This document shows positions 26,349 through 40,956 of a stretch of 64,000 nt of DNA, piece after piece. Positions within the stretch are counted from its first letter, which is position 1; each line of letters begins with the position of its first letter. The DNA is from Octopus vulgaris (taxonomy: Eukaryota). The stretch covers positions 14,446,001 to 14,510,000 of the forward strand of contig OX597837.1 of the NCBI GenBank assembly GCA_951406725.2, given 5' to 3'. Both the position numbers and the translations under genes were made by a program. The notes under the pieces were generated by a model. The model saw only the letters and a list, made by a program, of their open reading frames with translations, did not search any database and was not told the origin of the DNA.

Positions 26349-26397
<49 letters not shown>

Positions 26398-26456
26398 AAC
26401 ACACAGAGACAGGAAAATAGGCACACAGATTATATATGTAGGCACACAGACACGTA

Positions 26457-26501
<45 letters not shown>

Positions 26502-26762
26502 CGCACCCCCAACACACATACATAATCTGTAATATGTATATATATGTCCGCACAATAGCCAACCAGTCAGCCAAATAGCAATTTATCAAGCAGATACTCA
26601 CCTGCCACACCAACCAGCCAGTTAACCCGCCAGCCAACTGGTTAAAATGACTTATACAGAGAGATTGAGAGAGAGTCGACAAAGATGTAGACATACATTG
26701 TGACAGGTGTACAAAAGTCTGTATGTGCTTTTATATTGTAATTTGCTTCAGTTATAGGTCGG

Positions 26763-26862
<100 letters not shown>

Positions 26863-27194
26863 CAGGTAGGTAGATAGATGTATACATACATACATACACA
26901 TAGCCCGAGAGTACATAATTTCAGTCCATCTAAGCGATATATTTTATTACTAAGAGTGCACAATGACTTAACAGGTAACTGATTATACAATTCTACGTCC
27001 ATGTCGCTTAAATAAACAATGAGTAAGGACCCCTGTTGCACCACCCATGGAAAATATGGAAGAGTTACCACAAGTTACTTCGTAGGACAGCTAAATGTTT
27101 CGATGACCATGAACCTCGTCAGCGGTTTCTTTCAAATTGATGTAATGAGTCGCTCGAAACGGCCGTAATGTATTGATACTGGACATCCTTGTTA

Positions 27195-27241
<47 letters not shown>

Positions 27242-28439
27242 GTGTATTATAATAATTATCAATGTTGCGAGAATGCGCTGAAATATATTAGAATGAAAGT
27301 TTTTACAGAACTCTGTATGAATACATACTTGTAAATGTGTATCATGATAAGACATAAGGCTAGGCCTTTATATTTTGGAGAAGGTAGCAAAATAGTGAGG
27401 CAAGCGCTGGCCATAGTTTCGATTCCTCGTTCCACCCACGAGAAATGTCTACCCTCAAAAAAACTGACGCCCTTATAAAGCAAGATCACATTGGAAGCAT
27501 TGATGCTGTGAATGCAAGAAAGATGTCAAGATGCGGTACCGTCTGCAGCGTATGAAACTATTGACCACTCAGCTGGCAGGTGGCGCTCGGCGCGTTAGAG
27601 ATCAGTAGGAAAAGCAAGGGTCCACCCGGAAATGCAAACTAGAAGGAGAAATGAAGGGAGTTTCATGAAGTTGTTGGAAAAGTTTTCATGGAGCAGGAAG
27701 AATGTGAACGGTACATGTTGGTGGGGGTAAATTGCATAGAAAGCTGAACAGGGAAGAAGAAGACCTAAAGCTTTCATTTATATAAGCTATGCATCCACCC
27801 GAAGACTAAACAAACAAAAGATTTTCTATAACGTACAGGAAATAGCAAAACAAATCTCCCTCAAATTTCCGTACATAAAATTAATTCAAACGTCTGAGAG
27901 AAAAATTACAAAAGGGGATTCAAAAGTGAATCCAAAGGCACAGTCTTCAGCGATGCAACAATTCTAACTATATACTTCAGGAAAGATGTACCACGGTGTC
28001 CCACAAATAATGCAGGATTTAACATTATATAATGTTTAAATGGTAGCATACACACCTATATATACATACATACGTTTATGTGTGCATTTTTATGCATGCA
28101 TATGTATATATATAAATATATATACATGATAGTATTATTAGTGCTAGGAACAAGGGTGTGTGGTTAAGAAGTTCGCTCTATAACTAAATGGTTCCGGGTT
28201 CGATTCTACTATGAGCTCTACTTGAAGAATATCTTCTGAGTAGAATTTAGTTGATGGAAAGTTTGGAAACCCACCGTCAACCATGGTATCTGGATGGTGC
28301 TTTTAGCACAGGTCCATGATGTATGTAAGCTTTCGGACTGGGGTTCTGGTCGGATGGGATCAATATCTTCCTCCACCGAGCTCGGAAATATTGCTAAATA
28401 CAAAACAAAATGTGCGTATGTGTGTGTGTGTGTGTGTAT

Positions 28440-28650
28440 TGCTGGCTGAATCGTTAGCACGCCAGGTAAAATACCTTGTGGCATTTGTCCGTCTTTACGT
28501 TCTGAGTTCAAATTCTGCCGTGGAGGTCAACTTTACTTTTCATTCTTTAAGGGTCGATAAAATAAGTACCAGTTGAACACTGGCGCCAATATAATCGGCT
28601 TACCCCTTTCCACGAAATTGCTGGCCTTGTGCAGAAATTTGAAACCAATA
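28440..28650 (+). mobile_element. SINE family B copy
   Basis: gctggctgaatcgttagcacgcc...ttctgagttcaaatt...gggtcgataaaataagtaccagtt...gccttgtgcagaaatttgaaacc. Confidence 0.88.
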
Positions 28651-28718
28651 TTTGACAGGGCATGTGTGCTTGCCATCATGCTTACATTCATATATATACG
28701 TACATGTATATATATACA

Positions 28719-28764
<46 letters not shown>

Positions 28765-28830
28765 TGCGCATGTAGGCACATATGTATACACTCTTGCATG
28801 TCTGAATATATGCATTCATGCAGTATGTAC

Positions 28831-28907
<77 letters not shown>

Positions 28908-29060
28908 GGCCCAGAAACTTACATTCAAACAAACATGCATACATGCCCCTATATTTACACAAAATAAAGCAAATACTAGATGGACAAAGGCACACAATAA
29001 TTGGAGAATGAATTGTTTGTGCCCCAGCATGGCCGCAATCCAATGAGTAATACCTGCAAA

Positions 29061-29125
<65 letters not shown>

Positions 29126-29959
29126 GAGAGAAAGAAGAACGAAAAAGTATGATTAATCGATAGTAAAAGTATATATTTAAGGTTAATTTTTGCGTTTAAT
29201 ATACAGAAATATTAACAAATATAATAATCATAATATGCATGTATGTATATTTATATATATATACACATATATATATTGTAAGCATCTATTTGCGATTTGT
29301 GGTTTTGTATGTGCATGTGTGAGTGTGTGTATTTTACCTTGTAAACATGGACTTATAAATACACATAAACATACACACACGCATTCATTAATATATATGT
29401 ATATATACGCACATACACACATAGTTAAGCTATATACAACCTGTCGTAGATGTGTATTTGTGTACGCACGCCGCGTACACATTCACACTTTGCTCACATA
29501 CATACATACATACATAATTACATACGATTCATACAGGTGCGCGTACGCGAGTGCGTGTGTATGTTTGTAGAGAGAGAGAAAGAGTGTGTGTGTTTGTGTG
29601 TGTGTGTACGTGTGTACGTGTGTATGTGTGTACGTGTATGTGCGCGTGTGTGTAAACACACATGTACCGGTGTTCCTGTGCAATTATTTCTCAATGCATA
29701 AATTACTATATAGTTTTATTCATGCACACAAACGTAGTTGTATTATACACACACACACACAGACGAATCATAATCGATTCCTCTTTTATATACACAATAT
29801 ACGTCTATATAATACACATAAACACACATTAGCATGCATAAATTAGACGCAATAGATGTATTTATTTGGACTTATTTCAGGTTGAATTATTATTTCATAA
29901 AATTATATATTAAAAAGCAAAAAGAAAATAGCTCTCGTACAACCACAATTGTCAAAAAT

Positions 29960-30450
29960 TAAACAAGTCGCCATCTTTAGTTGCTATAAAAGGCTTTCAG
30001 TAGATTCTTCCTATCGGAATCTCCAGAGTTAAAAACGCTTTGTTGCTATTTTTGGCAGTTGTAGGAGACGTACTCCAAAAATGGAAAACGATGGCGGGCA
30101 CTTGTCGCTGCTGTGCAGCGATTGGTCGATTCTAAGATCAATACACGTCCACAAAATTGTAGCAGATCAGGGTTGCAGAGAATGGTTGCGCCAGCGCCGA
30201 AGTCTGTGAGGATGTGTGCGTGCGATTCTCTTTCGTTATTCAGCAATATTGCAGCTGTATGTAAGCTTTGCCCAGATAGAAGAAGAAGACGATGTAATGT
30301 TTCACGTCTTAAGGTGTGCGATTGGTAGTACCTTGTTTGTGAAACTCCATGTCCATGTATGGTTAAGTAGTGTATATTGTGGCTATATTCACAGAGACTA
30401 TAACAGTTGTATGCAAATTTCGATTGCACACGTGCCGGTCACGTGACATG
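29960..30450. promoter_or_regulatory. Promoter-like unique island
   Basis: YY1-like gtcgccatctt (~29967), TATAAAAG (29985-29992), two gcgattggt reverse CCAAT boxes (~30121, ~30321), octamer ATGCAAAT (30411-30418), CACGTG (30429) and GTCACGTGAC (30438-30447). Confidence 0.4.
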
Positions 30451-30881
30451 GATAAATTATCACAGAAAGCATTTAACTTGAAAATTTCCAATTCTTCTTT
30501 CTCTCACTCTCCTCCTCTCCCTCTCTCCCTCTCTCCCCGTGTGTATGCGTATGCGTATGTATGTGTGTCACCCAAACTAATCACATTTCTGCAACATATT
30601 TTCGCAAACACCCTCTCAAGGGTGTATATATTTCACTTTATCAATTAATGCATCTGAATTGCACTTATCTTAATTATGAATAAAATATTAATATTAACAA
30701 GTTTGTATGTATGTTTAATTCGTGAATGAGAAGTATAAAGCGTAGATAAATGTTATTTCTATATTAGAAATATCCCATTCGTATATATAATATATAATAT
30801 ACAACGTATAATCATTCATATACCTATACATATACATGCGTGCATGCATATATACATATATATATGCATGCACGTAAATAG

Positions 30882-30958
<77 letters not shown>

Positions 30959-31154
30959 AGTCGCAAATATGAAAAAATAAATAAATAAGTATATGCAAAT
31001 TAGATATGGAAAGGAGCTTATCAATCATTGCATATTAATATACGCGGGTTCGATTCCGATCAGGGGTTTATTTTGCTTGTTTCTGCAAAGTAGTCATCTT
31101 ATTTTATTATATATACATGTATATAGATAGACAGATAGAGAAAGAGAGAGAGAA

Positions 31155-31191
<37 letters not shown>

Positions 31192-31644
31192 AGGGAGACA
31201 GACAGAGATTCTGTTATTCTTTAATTTGCTTCAGTCACTGGACTGTGGCCATGCTGGAGCAGTAGGTCCTTCTGCAAACCTTAGAGGGTTGAGATCATAG
31301 TATATAAAACAACCACCTGTTAAGCACCTGTTTGTTGCTTTTTCTAAGCAACACCCTGCAATTAATAAATATTTGTTTTTTAAAGAATGCAACGACAGTG
31401 TTTCCCCCCGTAAAATGCTATACTATGATGTGGTGCTATCCCATCAACATATGAACGAACATTCTAGAAAGCGCTTTTAGTGAATCATGGACGGTTGTAA
31501 AACGTACACTTCCAACATTATGAATGGCTCTCCGAATGCATTAGTTGCCCAAATATCGAACGTTAAATTCAGTTTCGCTTTCACATTGCGATGTTCTCTT
31601 ATTATTATTAATAACATAACTAAAGCGGGAGCCTCCACCTCGGG

Positions 31645-31745
31645 TGCGGGCAACCGCTTTGGGTTTTTTTTTCTGTCTTTTTTTTTTCGAGAAGCGGGCC
31701 GCATGAGGCATGACTCATCATTTGGCGGGCCGCACTTGTAAAAAA
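31645..31745. mobile_element. Possible hAT-like DNA transposon end
   Basis: gggtgcgggcaacc followed by two gcgggccgca subterminal motifs; no partner end found. Confidence 0.35.
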
Positions 31746-32664
31746 ACATTTAAGATAATTTTTTCGTTGACGTGCCCTTTAGAAAGGCCTCAGAAATGCA
31801 GCTTACCCTTGACCGCTCTATGTGGTTGTCCGATCTGCAAGACCTAATAGCTAAATCTTCAAATCATGTATCACAATGCATTATGCATTCAAATGTGTCC
31901 TTCAAAAGAAGTGATGGTCATGACTGTAAAGACTTTAATCGTGAGTTTGCTCAGTCAGAATCTACCTGGGGTTTTAAATATTCTAAACAATGAAGTTGAT
32001 GTCCCAAACGTTGCTTCTTGAAGCCCTAGTGTTTTGGGGGTGTTTTTCCCCCTGTAAAACTTTTCGTCTGAGCACAGCAGGAGACATTCAAGTTATTTGC
32101 CATGTCGGGCTGCAGACCTTGAAAGGGAACCTTTGCATTGTGACAGACCTTTACAAACTTGCTGCAGCCCCACCTTTTTTTTTCAGTAAGGTACAGAAAA
32201 CTAGGTGGTGGTAGTAGTGATGGTGGCGCTTGGTAGTGGTGGTGGTGGTGATGCTGCTGCTGTTGGTGTTGCTGCTGCTCTTGGTGGTGGTGATGATCGT
32301 GTTGTTGGTGATGCTGCTGTTCTTGCTGCAGGTGGTGGTGGTGGTGCTGTTGGTGTTAGTGCTGCTCTTGCTGCAGGTGGTGGTGGTGGTGGTGGTGATG
32401 GTAGAAGAGGATCTCCGTCATTGGACAATGAGGATTCTGTTGTCTGATTTCAACTGAATTAGCTTCTCCTGGATTAACCTGCGAGTGGCTGAGTATTCCA
32501 ACGGACACCTGCATCCTTAACATTACTTCTCTTTCGGACAGGCAGAATGAGACCGACACAATGAGTAACAACGCCGTACCTTCTGCTTTACCGATAATTA
32601 CAGGTACAACCCACCCGACGGAATTCAATTAGAGTTCCTTTCCATCGCCCTAGTTTTCGCTCAC

Positions 32665-32790
32665 AAGCTATGGGCCGACCCGAGGCCATGGAAAATAACA
32701 CTTGTCCAAGATGCTGCGCAATGGGATCAAACTCGGGACTCCGTAGTCACCAAATGAAAGTGCCTAACCATTCGAGCCATACCACGCCTA
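32665..32790 (-). mobile_element. SINE family A head, decayed
   Basis: Plus strand ggccgacccgaggc-at-gaaaataacacttgtccaagatgc-gcgcaatgggatcaaactcggg. Confidence 0.7.
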
Positions 32791-33224
32791 CGGAATTCTA
32801 TAAGCTAAGTAGGATCCCCCCCCCCCCCATCAACGCAATGCATCTTCTGTAGTTTATCTGGGTCATTTAATGTGTTGTCATGGTGAATGGAAAGCCTAAC
32901 TAGGTCACCGTCAAATTGATGCAGTTTAATAAGTGTTTCTATCTGGGTCAGTATTGTTGTTGATCGGTGTTCGGAGTCATTTTTCAAATCTAAACTAAAT
33001 AAATGTGCAATCTAAAAAAAGATAAAGAAAAACAAAAGCAAAACAAAAACAAACAGAAACAAAGAAAGAAACCAAAAAAAAAAATCTCTGTTTGGTTCAT
33101 TTCTTACTTTTTCGTTTCTCTTCAGCATCACTTTTAGGAAAAATAAAAGACAGCAAGAATTATTTCAGGAAATAGATGCAAAGTAAATCAATTCTGGAAG
33201 GGGGTTTCCCCCCCCTACACTTTC

Positions 33225-33225
<1 letters not shown>

Positions 33226-33255
<30 letters not shown>

Positions 33256-33358
33256 CTTCTTCTTCTTCTTCTTCTTCTTCTTCTTCTTCTTCTTCTTCTT
33301 CTTCTTCTTCTTCTTCTTCTTCTTCTTCTTCTTCTTCTTCTTCTTCTTCTTCTTCTTC
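33226..33358. repeat. Perfect (TTC)n, ~44 units
   Basis: Direct reading. Confidence 0.97.
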
Positions 33359-33907
33359 AAGGTTTAGATATTGGGAGGCTCTGTAGCACACACACACACA
33401 CTCATCCATAATCTAAATTTGTCCATACATGGTAGGGTTTGTTGGGCGTTAAAATTACCCATGAAATACCGTATGTCTCGACGGCGCCTCTATGACGCCA
33501 TCGAGAAGTCGAAGACCCATCTTCAAGATTTAGGCAAGCGCCGTATGAACGGTTTGGTTCGAATCCCTGACGTCCGGTCCCACCATCATTTGTCGAGAGC
33601 AAAATAAGAGTTGTGAGTAGTGGTCACTACTGGACCTCATAACCATCAAATTTTATCTCTTAGTTTATATCTGATGACAATTGTTGCAGTTACACCGAAT
33701 GATGGCTGGGGTACATTTAGGTCCAAAATTATGTACAATTCAAATATCTGGTTCAGTTACCGCGAAGGCAGACAGACAGACATTCTTCAACTCATCACAG
33801 TGCAGAAATAAGTCTTCAATGTCTTCCGCTGGTACAACAATTGCCTTCTAAAGTCTTGGATTAGAAAACTGGATCCAATCCTTTTATCTTCAATATTACA
33901 ACCCTTG

Positions 33908-34121
33908 GAAGGCGGTGAGCTGGCAGAAGCGTTAGCACGCCAGGTGAAATGCTTAACGGTATTTCGTCTGTCTTCATGTTCTGAGTTCAAATTCCGCCGA
34001 GGTCGACTTTGACGTTCCTCCTTTCGGGGTCGATAAATTAAGTACCAGTTGCATACTGGAGTCGATCTAATCGACTGGCCGCTCCCCCAAACTTTCGAGA
34101 CTTGTGCCTAGAGTAGAAAAG
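33908..34121 (+). mobile_element. SINE family B, full length, non-Tx1 tail, with TSD
   Basis: TSD aatattacaacccttg (33892-33907) vs aatattgcaacccttg (34122-34137); canonical head and central domain; tail cttgtgcctagagtagaaaag. Confidence 0.92.
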
Positions 34122-35814
34122 AATATTGCAACCCTTGCTAAGTCCTGAATGCAAACCGTAGGTAATTCACTGCTCTATGTCTTGAAATATTTCAAGCTAC
34201 AGAAATCGAAGCAGATTTTCAAATAAGGCTAATGGAGGTAAGGGTACCTGCAAGGGGTTACGGGAGCAGTGGCAACCCAAAATACTAAATAATTATTATC
34301 TAAAGCAAAAAGAACCATATGTATAAAGTGACAGGAATACAAAGATACACACACATACACACTCATACACACACACATACCCATACGCGTATAAGTTATT
34401 GAGATATGCGCGCGCGTTATACACGCAAATACAAAGCTAGTAAGGTTGTGTGTGTGTATATGTGTGAATTGATTCAGATAGACAAACATAGAAACATACA
34501 CAAATACATGCATGCATTCTTACAGTTGTACAGACACACATGCATGCATACATACGGACATGCACACAGACAGACAGACGGACGGAAGGTCAAACAGACA
34601 GGCAGGTAGCCGAAATGACGGACAGAAAGATTCAGGTAGACGGAAGGTAAAACGGGTGGCTTTAATGGCGACGGGTAGTTAATAAGAGAGAGAGGGAGAG
34701 ATGACAGGTTGGATGCGGATGTGAATGGATAAACAGACACACAGGCACAAAGAGAAAGAGAGAGAGTGTGTGTGTATGTGTGTGTGTGTGTGTATGTGTG
34801 TGTGTGAGAGAGAGAAAGAGCTTCTGGAAGATTCTCTGCTCTCGCTATGTTTACAATCATCAGACACAAACTAATGTTTGAAGATCCATTCTCAAATAAA
34901 ACTTAATGAATGCTTCGTCATCTATCATACATCGCAATTAACTCTAAAATGATGTTGTTGATGTTGTTGTCGTTGTTGATGATGATGATGATGATGATGA
35001 TGATGCTTTTAATGCTCTTTGTTGTTGTTGTTGTTGTTGCTGTTCTTGTTCCTATTATTGCTGTTACTCCTATCTCTGTTGCTAATGATGTCGTTGATGA
35101 CCCCGTTTCACTTTAACCCCCGGTCATCCCCAACCATGCACACGTATAACCAAAAGCGTTCCAAAAATGCACACCTTATATTGTTATTATTATTATTATT
35201 ATTATATTTCCGGGTCCCAGTTTATAAGGGCCATCATCCAAAACATCCTTCTATATAGAAAGGCGGTAGGATGTAATTGAGATCGATTTAGCTTCTTGTT
35301 CTAGCATAACGACCTACTGCATAAGGGTCAGATGCTCAAACATATATGTATGTATATATATATGCATGTGTGTGTGTGCGTATATATATATATATATTTG
35401 TGTGTGTGCGTGAGTGTGTGTGTGTGTGTGCAGGTATGTATATGCATATATAAAATTGCGTATATTTATTTATACAAATGTCACTATAGATAGCCGAAAA
35501 TTCATATATGTATATTGTGTTCAGTTATTTATATATCGAAATACAATGTCGAAATACACACACACACACACACTCGCGCGCGCGCGCACGCACACACACA
35601 AACACTTACACAATCATGCCTTCATACACGTTAATATATACACATGCATACATATTCATATATATATACACACACATCTGTATGTGTCTGTGTGTGTATG
35701 TGCATATATACAAATATCAACAAAACACATCAAAACTCATATATATATATGCATATCCATATATATGTATATATATATGTTTGTATGTATGTATATACAT
35801 ACACACATATACAT

Positions 35815-35847
<33 letters not shown>

Positions 35848-35939
35848 CATACACACACATATACGTTTATGTGTGTGTGTATGTATACTAATACTTGTAT
35901 GTTCATTCATGTTTGTTTGTGTTGTAGGTTTTGTGTGTG

Positions 35940-36038
35940 TGTAAGTGTGTGTATGTGTGCATGCGTGTATATGTATGTGTGTGTGTGTCGTGTGTGCATG
36001 CCAGAGTGTATGTGTGTGTGTGTGTATGTGCGCATGTG

Positions 36039-36071
<33 letters not shown>

Positions 36072-36477
36072 CGTTTGTACATGCCAGTGTGTGTGTGTGT
36101 GTGTATGTGCGCATGTGTGTATATGTATGTGTGTGTGTGTTTGTCGTGTGTGCATGCCAGTGTGTATGTGTGTGTGTATGTGCGCATGTGTATATATATA
36201 TGTATATGTGTGTGTGTGTGTGTCGTTTGTACATGCCAGTGTGTGTGTGTGTGTGTGTGTATGTGCGCATGTGTATATATATATATATATGTGTGTGTGT
36301 GTTTGTCGTTTGTACATGCCAGTGTGTGTGTGTGTGTGTATGTGCGCATGTGTATATATATATGTATATGTGTGTGTGTTTGTCGTGTGTACATGCCAGT
36401 GTGTGTGTGTGTGTGTGTATGTGCGCATGTGTATATATATATATATATGTGTGTGTGTGTTTGTCGTGTGTGCATGC

Positions 36478-36512
<35 letters not shown>
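35940..36512. repeat. Minisatellite of ~80-bp units (~7 copies) built from TG/TA microsatellite
   Basis: Anchor 'atgccag' recurs near 35998, 36081, 36154, 36233, 36316, 36392 and 36474, each preceded by 'gtcgt' and most followed by 'gtgcgcatgtg'. Confidence 0.9.
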
Positions 36513-36514
<2 letters not shown>

Positions 36515-38269
36515 GCAGGGATAATGTATGCAAGAGGCTGAGTAGAAAAAGCAACAAAAAGTGCAATGTGCGAATGTATATGAATCGCATTATTCCACAC
36601 ATCTCATATTCGTGTATCTCTGAGCACGAAAGCGTAGGTTGATTACGCTAATAGTTCTTCATAAAAGGCCCTGCACGTGTTATTGAAATGCAACGCACGT
36701 TTAAATTTCCTGAATGCATTAAAGTTGCTAGCAAGCCCGGGACTCCGTTCAGGAAAGCATTGCCATATATGGTATGTGTGTATGTCTCTACTCGTCTTGT
36801 CAACATTCGATAAGGTTGTAAATTTATCTCCCCTTAGTTCTTACCTCTCCACTTCCTACCGACTCCGTCTTCTCCGCTTTCTCTCCTTGCTCTCCACCTC
36901 GTTCTAGATTATTCGTCTCTTCTCATGCCACCCCGACCCGCCCCCCATTCATGCCACACTCCGCACACCCTCTACCCACCGTTTACTCCGCCTTTTTATT
37001 ATTCATCCTCTCCTTCCTCTCCCTTCTACTCTCGCTGCATCTTTTCAATAATATGCATTCAACGACGGAGAACCATTCATCGGAATGTGTTACGTTCTGA
37101 GGTGAAACATGAATGTGCAAACAACTATATTCCTACATGTGTATGTGTGTGTGTGTGTGTATCTGCGCATGTGTACGTGTGTCTCGTAGGTGTGTATGTG
37201 TTTATGCGAGCGTATGAGCTTGCGTGTGTGTGTGTGTGTGTATGTGTCAGCGAGTGTACGCTCGTCTTTGTACGTGTATGTGTGTGCATATGATGCTTGA
37301 ATCGGCGGTCGTCCGTACACACAGTTGTTGATAAGCAGCGATCGCCAATGACATTTAGACCAGGAGGTGAAAAGAAAGATAGAAGAGCAGAAAAAAACCC
37401 AAAAAAAACGGGAGAGGAGAGGAGCGGGGAGGAGGTGGAGGGGCGCGAGGGGGGAAGGTGTGAGGAGGGGGTGGGTGACGAGAGGTGGTGGGAGGCGCGA
37501 GGTGACAGGAGAGGAAGACCAAAGATAGAATGGTAGGAAGAAGAAGAAGAAGAATAAGAAGAAAAGGAGGCCGCGAGAAGGAGGGAGAGGGGGATATCCC
37601 TCACCTCGATTACAGAATTTCTCATTGAGACGCTTTTACTTTCCAATAATGGAAAAAGTCCAAACTCAACGCATGCGCACAACTAAACCTAGCATTGAGA
37701 AATATTTATTTTATAAATTTCATTGAATTGTCTTTATTATTATTATTATTATTATTTATTATTATTATTATTATTTGGGCTCTTGTTGTTAGCTTAAAAT
37801 CTCGCATATATTGCAACACCCCACCCTCACCTTTGCATTATCCTATGGTTTTTTTGTTGTTGTATTTTCTCTCCCCCCCCCCCCCAACCTTCTTTGTTCT
37901 GTCGCTATTTACCTTGCTTCTTCGCAGTCTTCTATTTTCTTCTTCTTTTTCTTCCTCAAGACCATCGCGGATTTCCTTCGCTTTTTTGCTTTGCTTCTTC
38001 TTCTGTTTTGGTGTTCCCTCCATTTTTTTTTTCTTTTTTACTCTCCATTAAACGCCCCACCCCCACCCACCCATTAAACGCCACCACTTCCATTCCATTC
38101 CCTGCATTAATCCGGGTTAGAGGAATCGAGAGAGAAAAATAATGGAACCAGATAACTATTTTACGAATCAACAAGCAAAATATTTCATATAATAACCATT
38201 TAAAGAGACTGACCATGATTTAATGATAATAATAATAATAATAACAATTATTATTATTATGCTTCTTTC

Positions 38270-38477
38270 TACTTTCTGCTATAGGTAAAAGGCCTGGAAA
38301 TTTAGGGTGGGGGAAGTGGCTAATCGATTGCATCGGTCCCAGTAGTTAGTTGGTACTTATTTTATCGATCTCCCGAATGGATGTAACGCACAGTCGACCT
38401 CGCCGGAATTTGCACTCAAATTGCATGGGCGGATGAAATGCCGCTAAGCATTTTATCCGGCGTTCTAACAATTCTGC

Positions 38478-38480
<3 letters not shown>
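38270..38480 (-). mobile_element. SINE family B copy between (AAT)n tracts
   Basis: Plus strand ggtacttattttatcga...gtcgacctcgccggaatttgcactca...gaaatgccgctaagcattt...ctaacaattctgc. Confidence 0.82.
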
Positions 38481-38522
<42 letters not shown>

Positions 38523-38689
38523 GAGGAGACTAGAAGCGGAAACAGCTTCTATAATAAAAGATGCATTGAAAAATTATTAAAAAGCGATAAAGGCAACTAT
38601 CCAAAATACAAGGTTATCCCAGCCAGCCGCCATGATTGACCGCTAGCTCCAAAAGTTTTTTTTTTACTCTCATTCTGTATATTTTCTCG

Positions 38690-38775
38690 TGTTCCTTTCT
38701 GTTTAGGAGCGTAGGCTCGAAACGTAAAATACTTTCTCGCATTTCCGAGCGTTAAACTAATACACCTGTATTTTG
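38690..38775 (+). mobile_element. Penelope-like terminal repeat remnant with degenerate hammerhead
   Basis: tttctgtttag-gagc-gtag-gctc-gaaacgta-aaa keeps stem II and GAAACGUH as at 24702-24737, but the CUGANGA box is mutated. Confidence 0.45.
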
Positions 38776-38794
38776 TTTTTCTGCAAATTTCAAC

Positions 38795-38839
<45 letters not shown>

Positions 38840-38868
38840 AATATAGTAGGAGACAATGAATATTGCAA

Positions 38869-38931
<63 letters not shown>

Positions 38932-39724
38932 TTGATTAGTAGTTGCACTCATGATCGTTAGATTGTGGTTTCGATTCCTGCACCGGGTGATGTGTTGTGC
39001 TCTCGCCAATAGTTGGAACGAATCTCACGATGCTTTCTATTCGATGTTCCCCAGATTCTATCAATTCCTCGTTTGGTAAAAAAAAAAAAAGAAGTTTATA
39101 TTTATAAAAGTCAAAATATTACTGAATAATCTTGAAACTTGATAAAGTTTCTCCTAATGATTTTTAAAATATATTTCGTTTGCATTGTCGTTCTTTATGG
39201 TCACACAGATTTCAGCATTGTGGGGCTTTGCCCTTCATAAGAATTTAGACTAACTAAAATTCAAATCGTGTTGATTTTAAAGTTAAAGCAAAAGCAGAAT
39301 AATTTAGTAAGAAAGACCAAAACTTAAGTTACAGCCATGCATCTATCTGAATTTACATTAAAGTTTTAATAAAGATGCGTCCATATACAGGAAATAAGGA
39401 ACTCCAGAGAAAGCTGAACAATAGAAAATCTTCAGAGAAGGTTCTTGGTCCAAGCATTTCCCCTCTTGACTCTTTACACACAAAAGTTGTCGAGTCACAT
39501 CCAGGTCCTGACTCCTGGATATTTCACTGCTGTCTCATTCTGTGCTACTGTCTGCATTGCGACCCTCCTGGCGGATGAGGGTACCTCAGACTCATGATAC
39601 CCTGGGTGTTGTAACCAGTTCAGTCTAAGATGCTAGTTGACAATGGGGTAAACTATACCCCCTCGATTTTTCTTCCATTATATTTATACGTGCATGTGCG
39701 TGCGCGCGCGCGTATGTATGTGTG

Positions 39725-39945
39725 TGTGATCGCAGGTTCTATTTCCGCACCGGGTGGTGTGTTGCTTTCTTGAGCAAGACATTTCATTTCACGCTGCTCC
39801 AGTCCACTCAGCTGTAAAGGGATCACCCTGCGACGGATTGGTAATGCTGGCCTACTCGCCAATCATTCGAAAGCTAAAACAATGCGAAGCGCACTGTTAC
39901 GAGCGATGTGTAACAACATCCGATAGTCTAGTCAGTAACGTGATA
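39725..39945 (+). mobile_element. SINE family C copy
   Basis: gtgatcgcaggttctatttcc...ttcttgagcaagacatttcatttcacgctgctccagtccactcagctg; a head-only fragment also lies at ~38935-39005. Confidence 0.75.
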
Positions 39946-39993
39946 ACGTGATATACATGTATGAAAATATGTGTGTGTGTGTGTGTATACTAC

Positions 39994-40045
<52 letters not shown>

Positions 40046-40821
40046 TACATGTACATACATATATACACAAGCATGCACACACACACATAAATATATATAT
40101 ACATAAAAATCTACATATACGCATAAACATATATATATATAATACATATATGTATGTATATATATATATACACACACACACACAGTTACGGTGCATATAT
40201 AAGTACATACACACTACCACATACACACACACACGCACGCACACGTATATATGTATATACATATATAAATATATACATACTAACATTCAAGTGGTGTATA
40301 GTTGTATAGTATAGCCTCTTCATAAGCTTGTTATTTCTATAGTGTTTATTGTATACGCACGTTCGTTCATGAACAAAAACAGTGACATATACACATGCAT
40401 ATACGTGTGTGCCTGTGTGTGTGTGTGTTTATACGCACGTACGAACGTGCATACATACATCGTGTAATTTCTACGCAAGCGCAAATACAATGTCGAGTGT
40501 GTAGCATGCATTTCTCGCCATACACTCCAAATGCACATGTGTTTATTGCCATGACCATATATGGAAGTGCTGTACAACAGCTAAACTAGAAATCTATGCA
40601 TGCGGTGCACGGCGATATGTATATATATATATATATACATATAGCACGAGGAAATGCACATTTTCCACACCCCTATAGTACACACACACACACACGCACA
40701 CGCACGCATGCACACGCACACACATGCGCACATACGCATACATATATCAGTGTACGTTTGTTTATTTCTTGTATATACATACAAACATACACACGCACAC
40801 ATATATGTATATATGCATGCA

Positions 40822-40956
<135 letters not shown>

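Noticed and set aside
27085-27125. Minus-strand CUGACGAG...CGAAAC...GUC hammerhead-like motif
   Set aside because: Core boxes are present but stem I does not pair beyond 1 bp and stem II is weak; at most a dead remnant.
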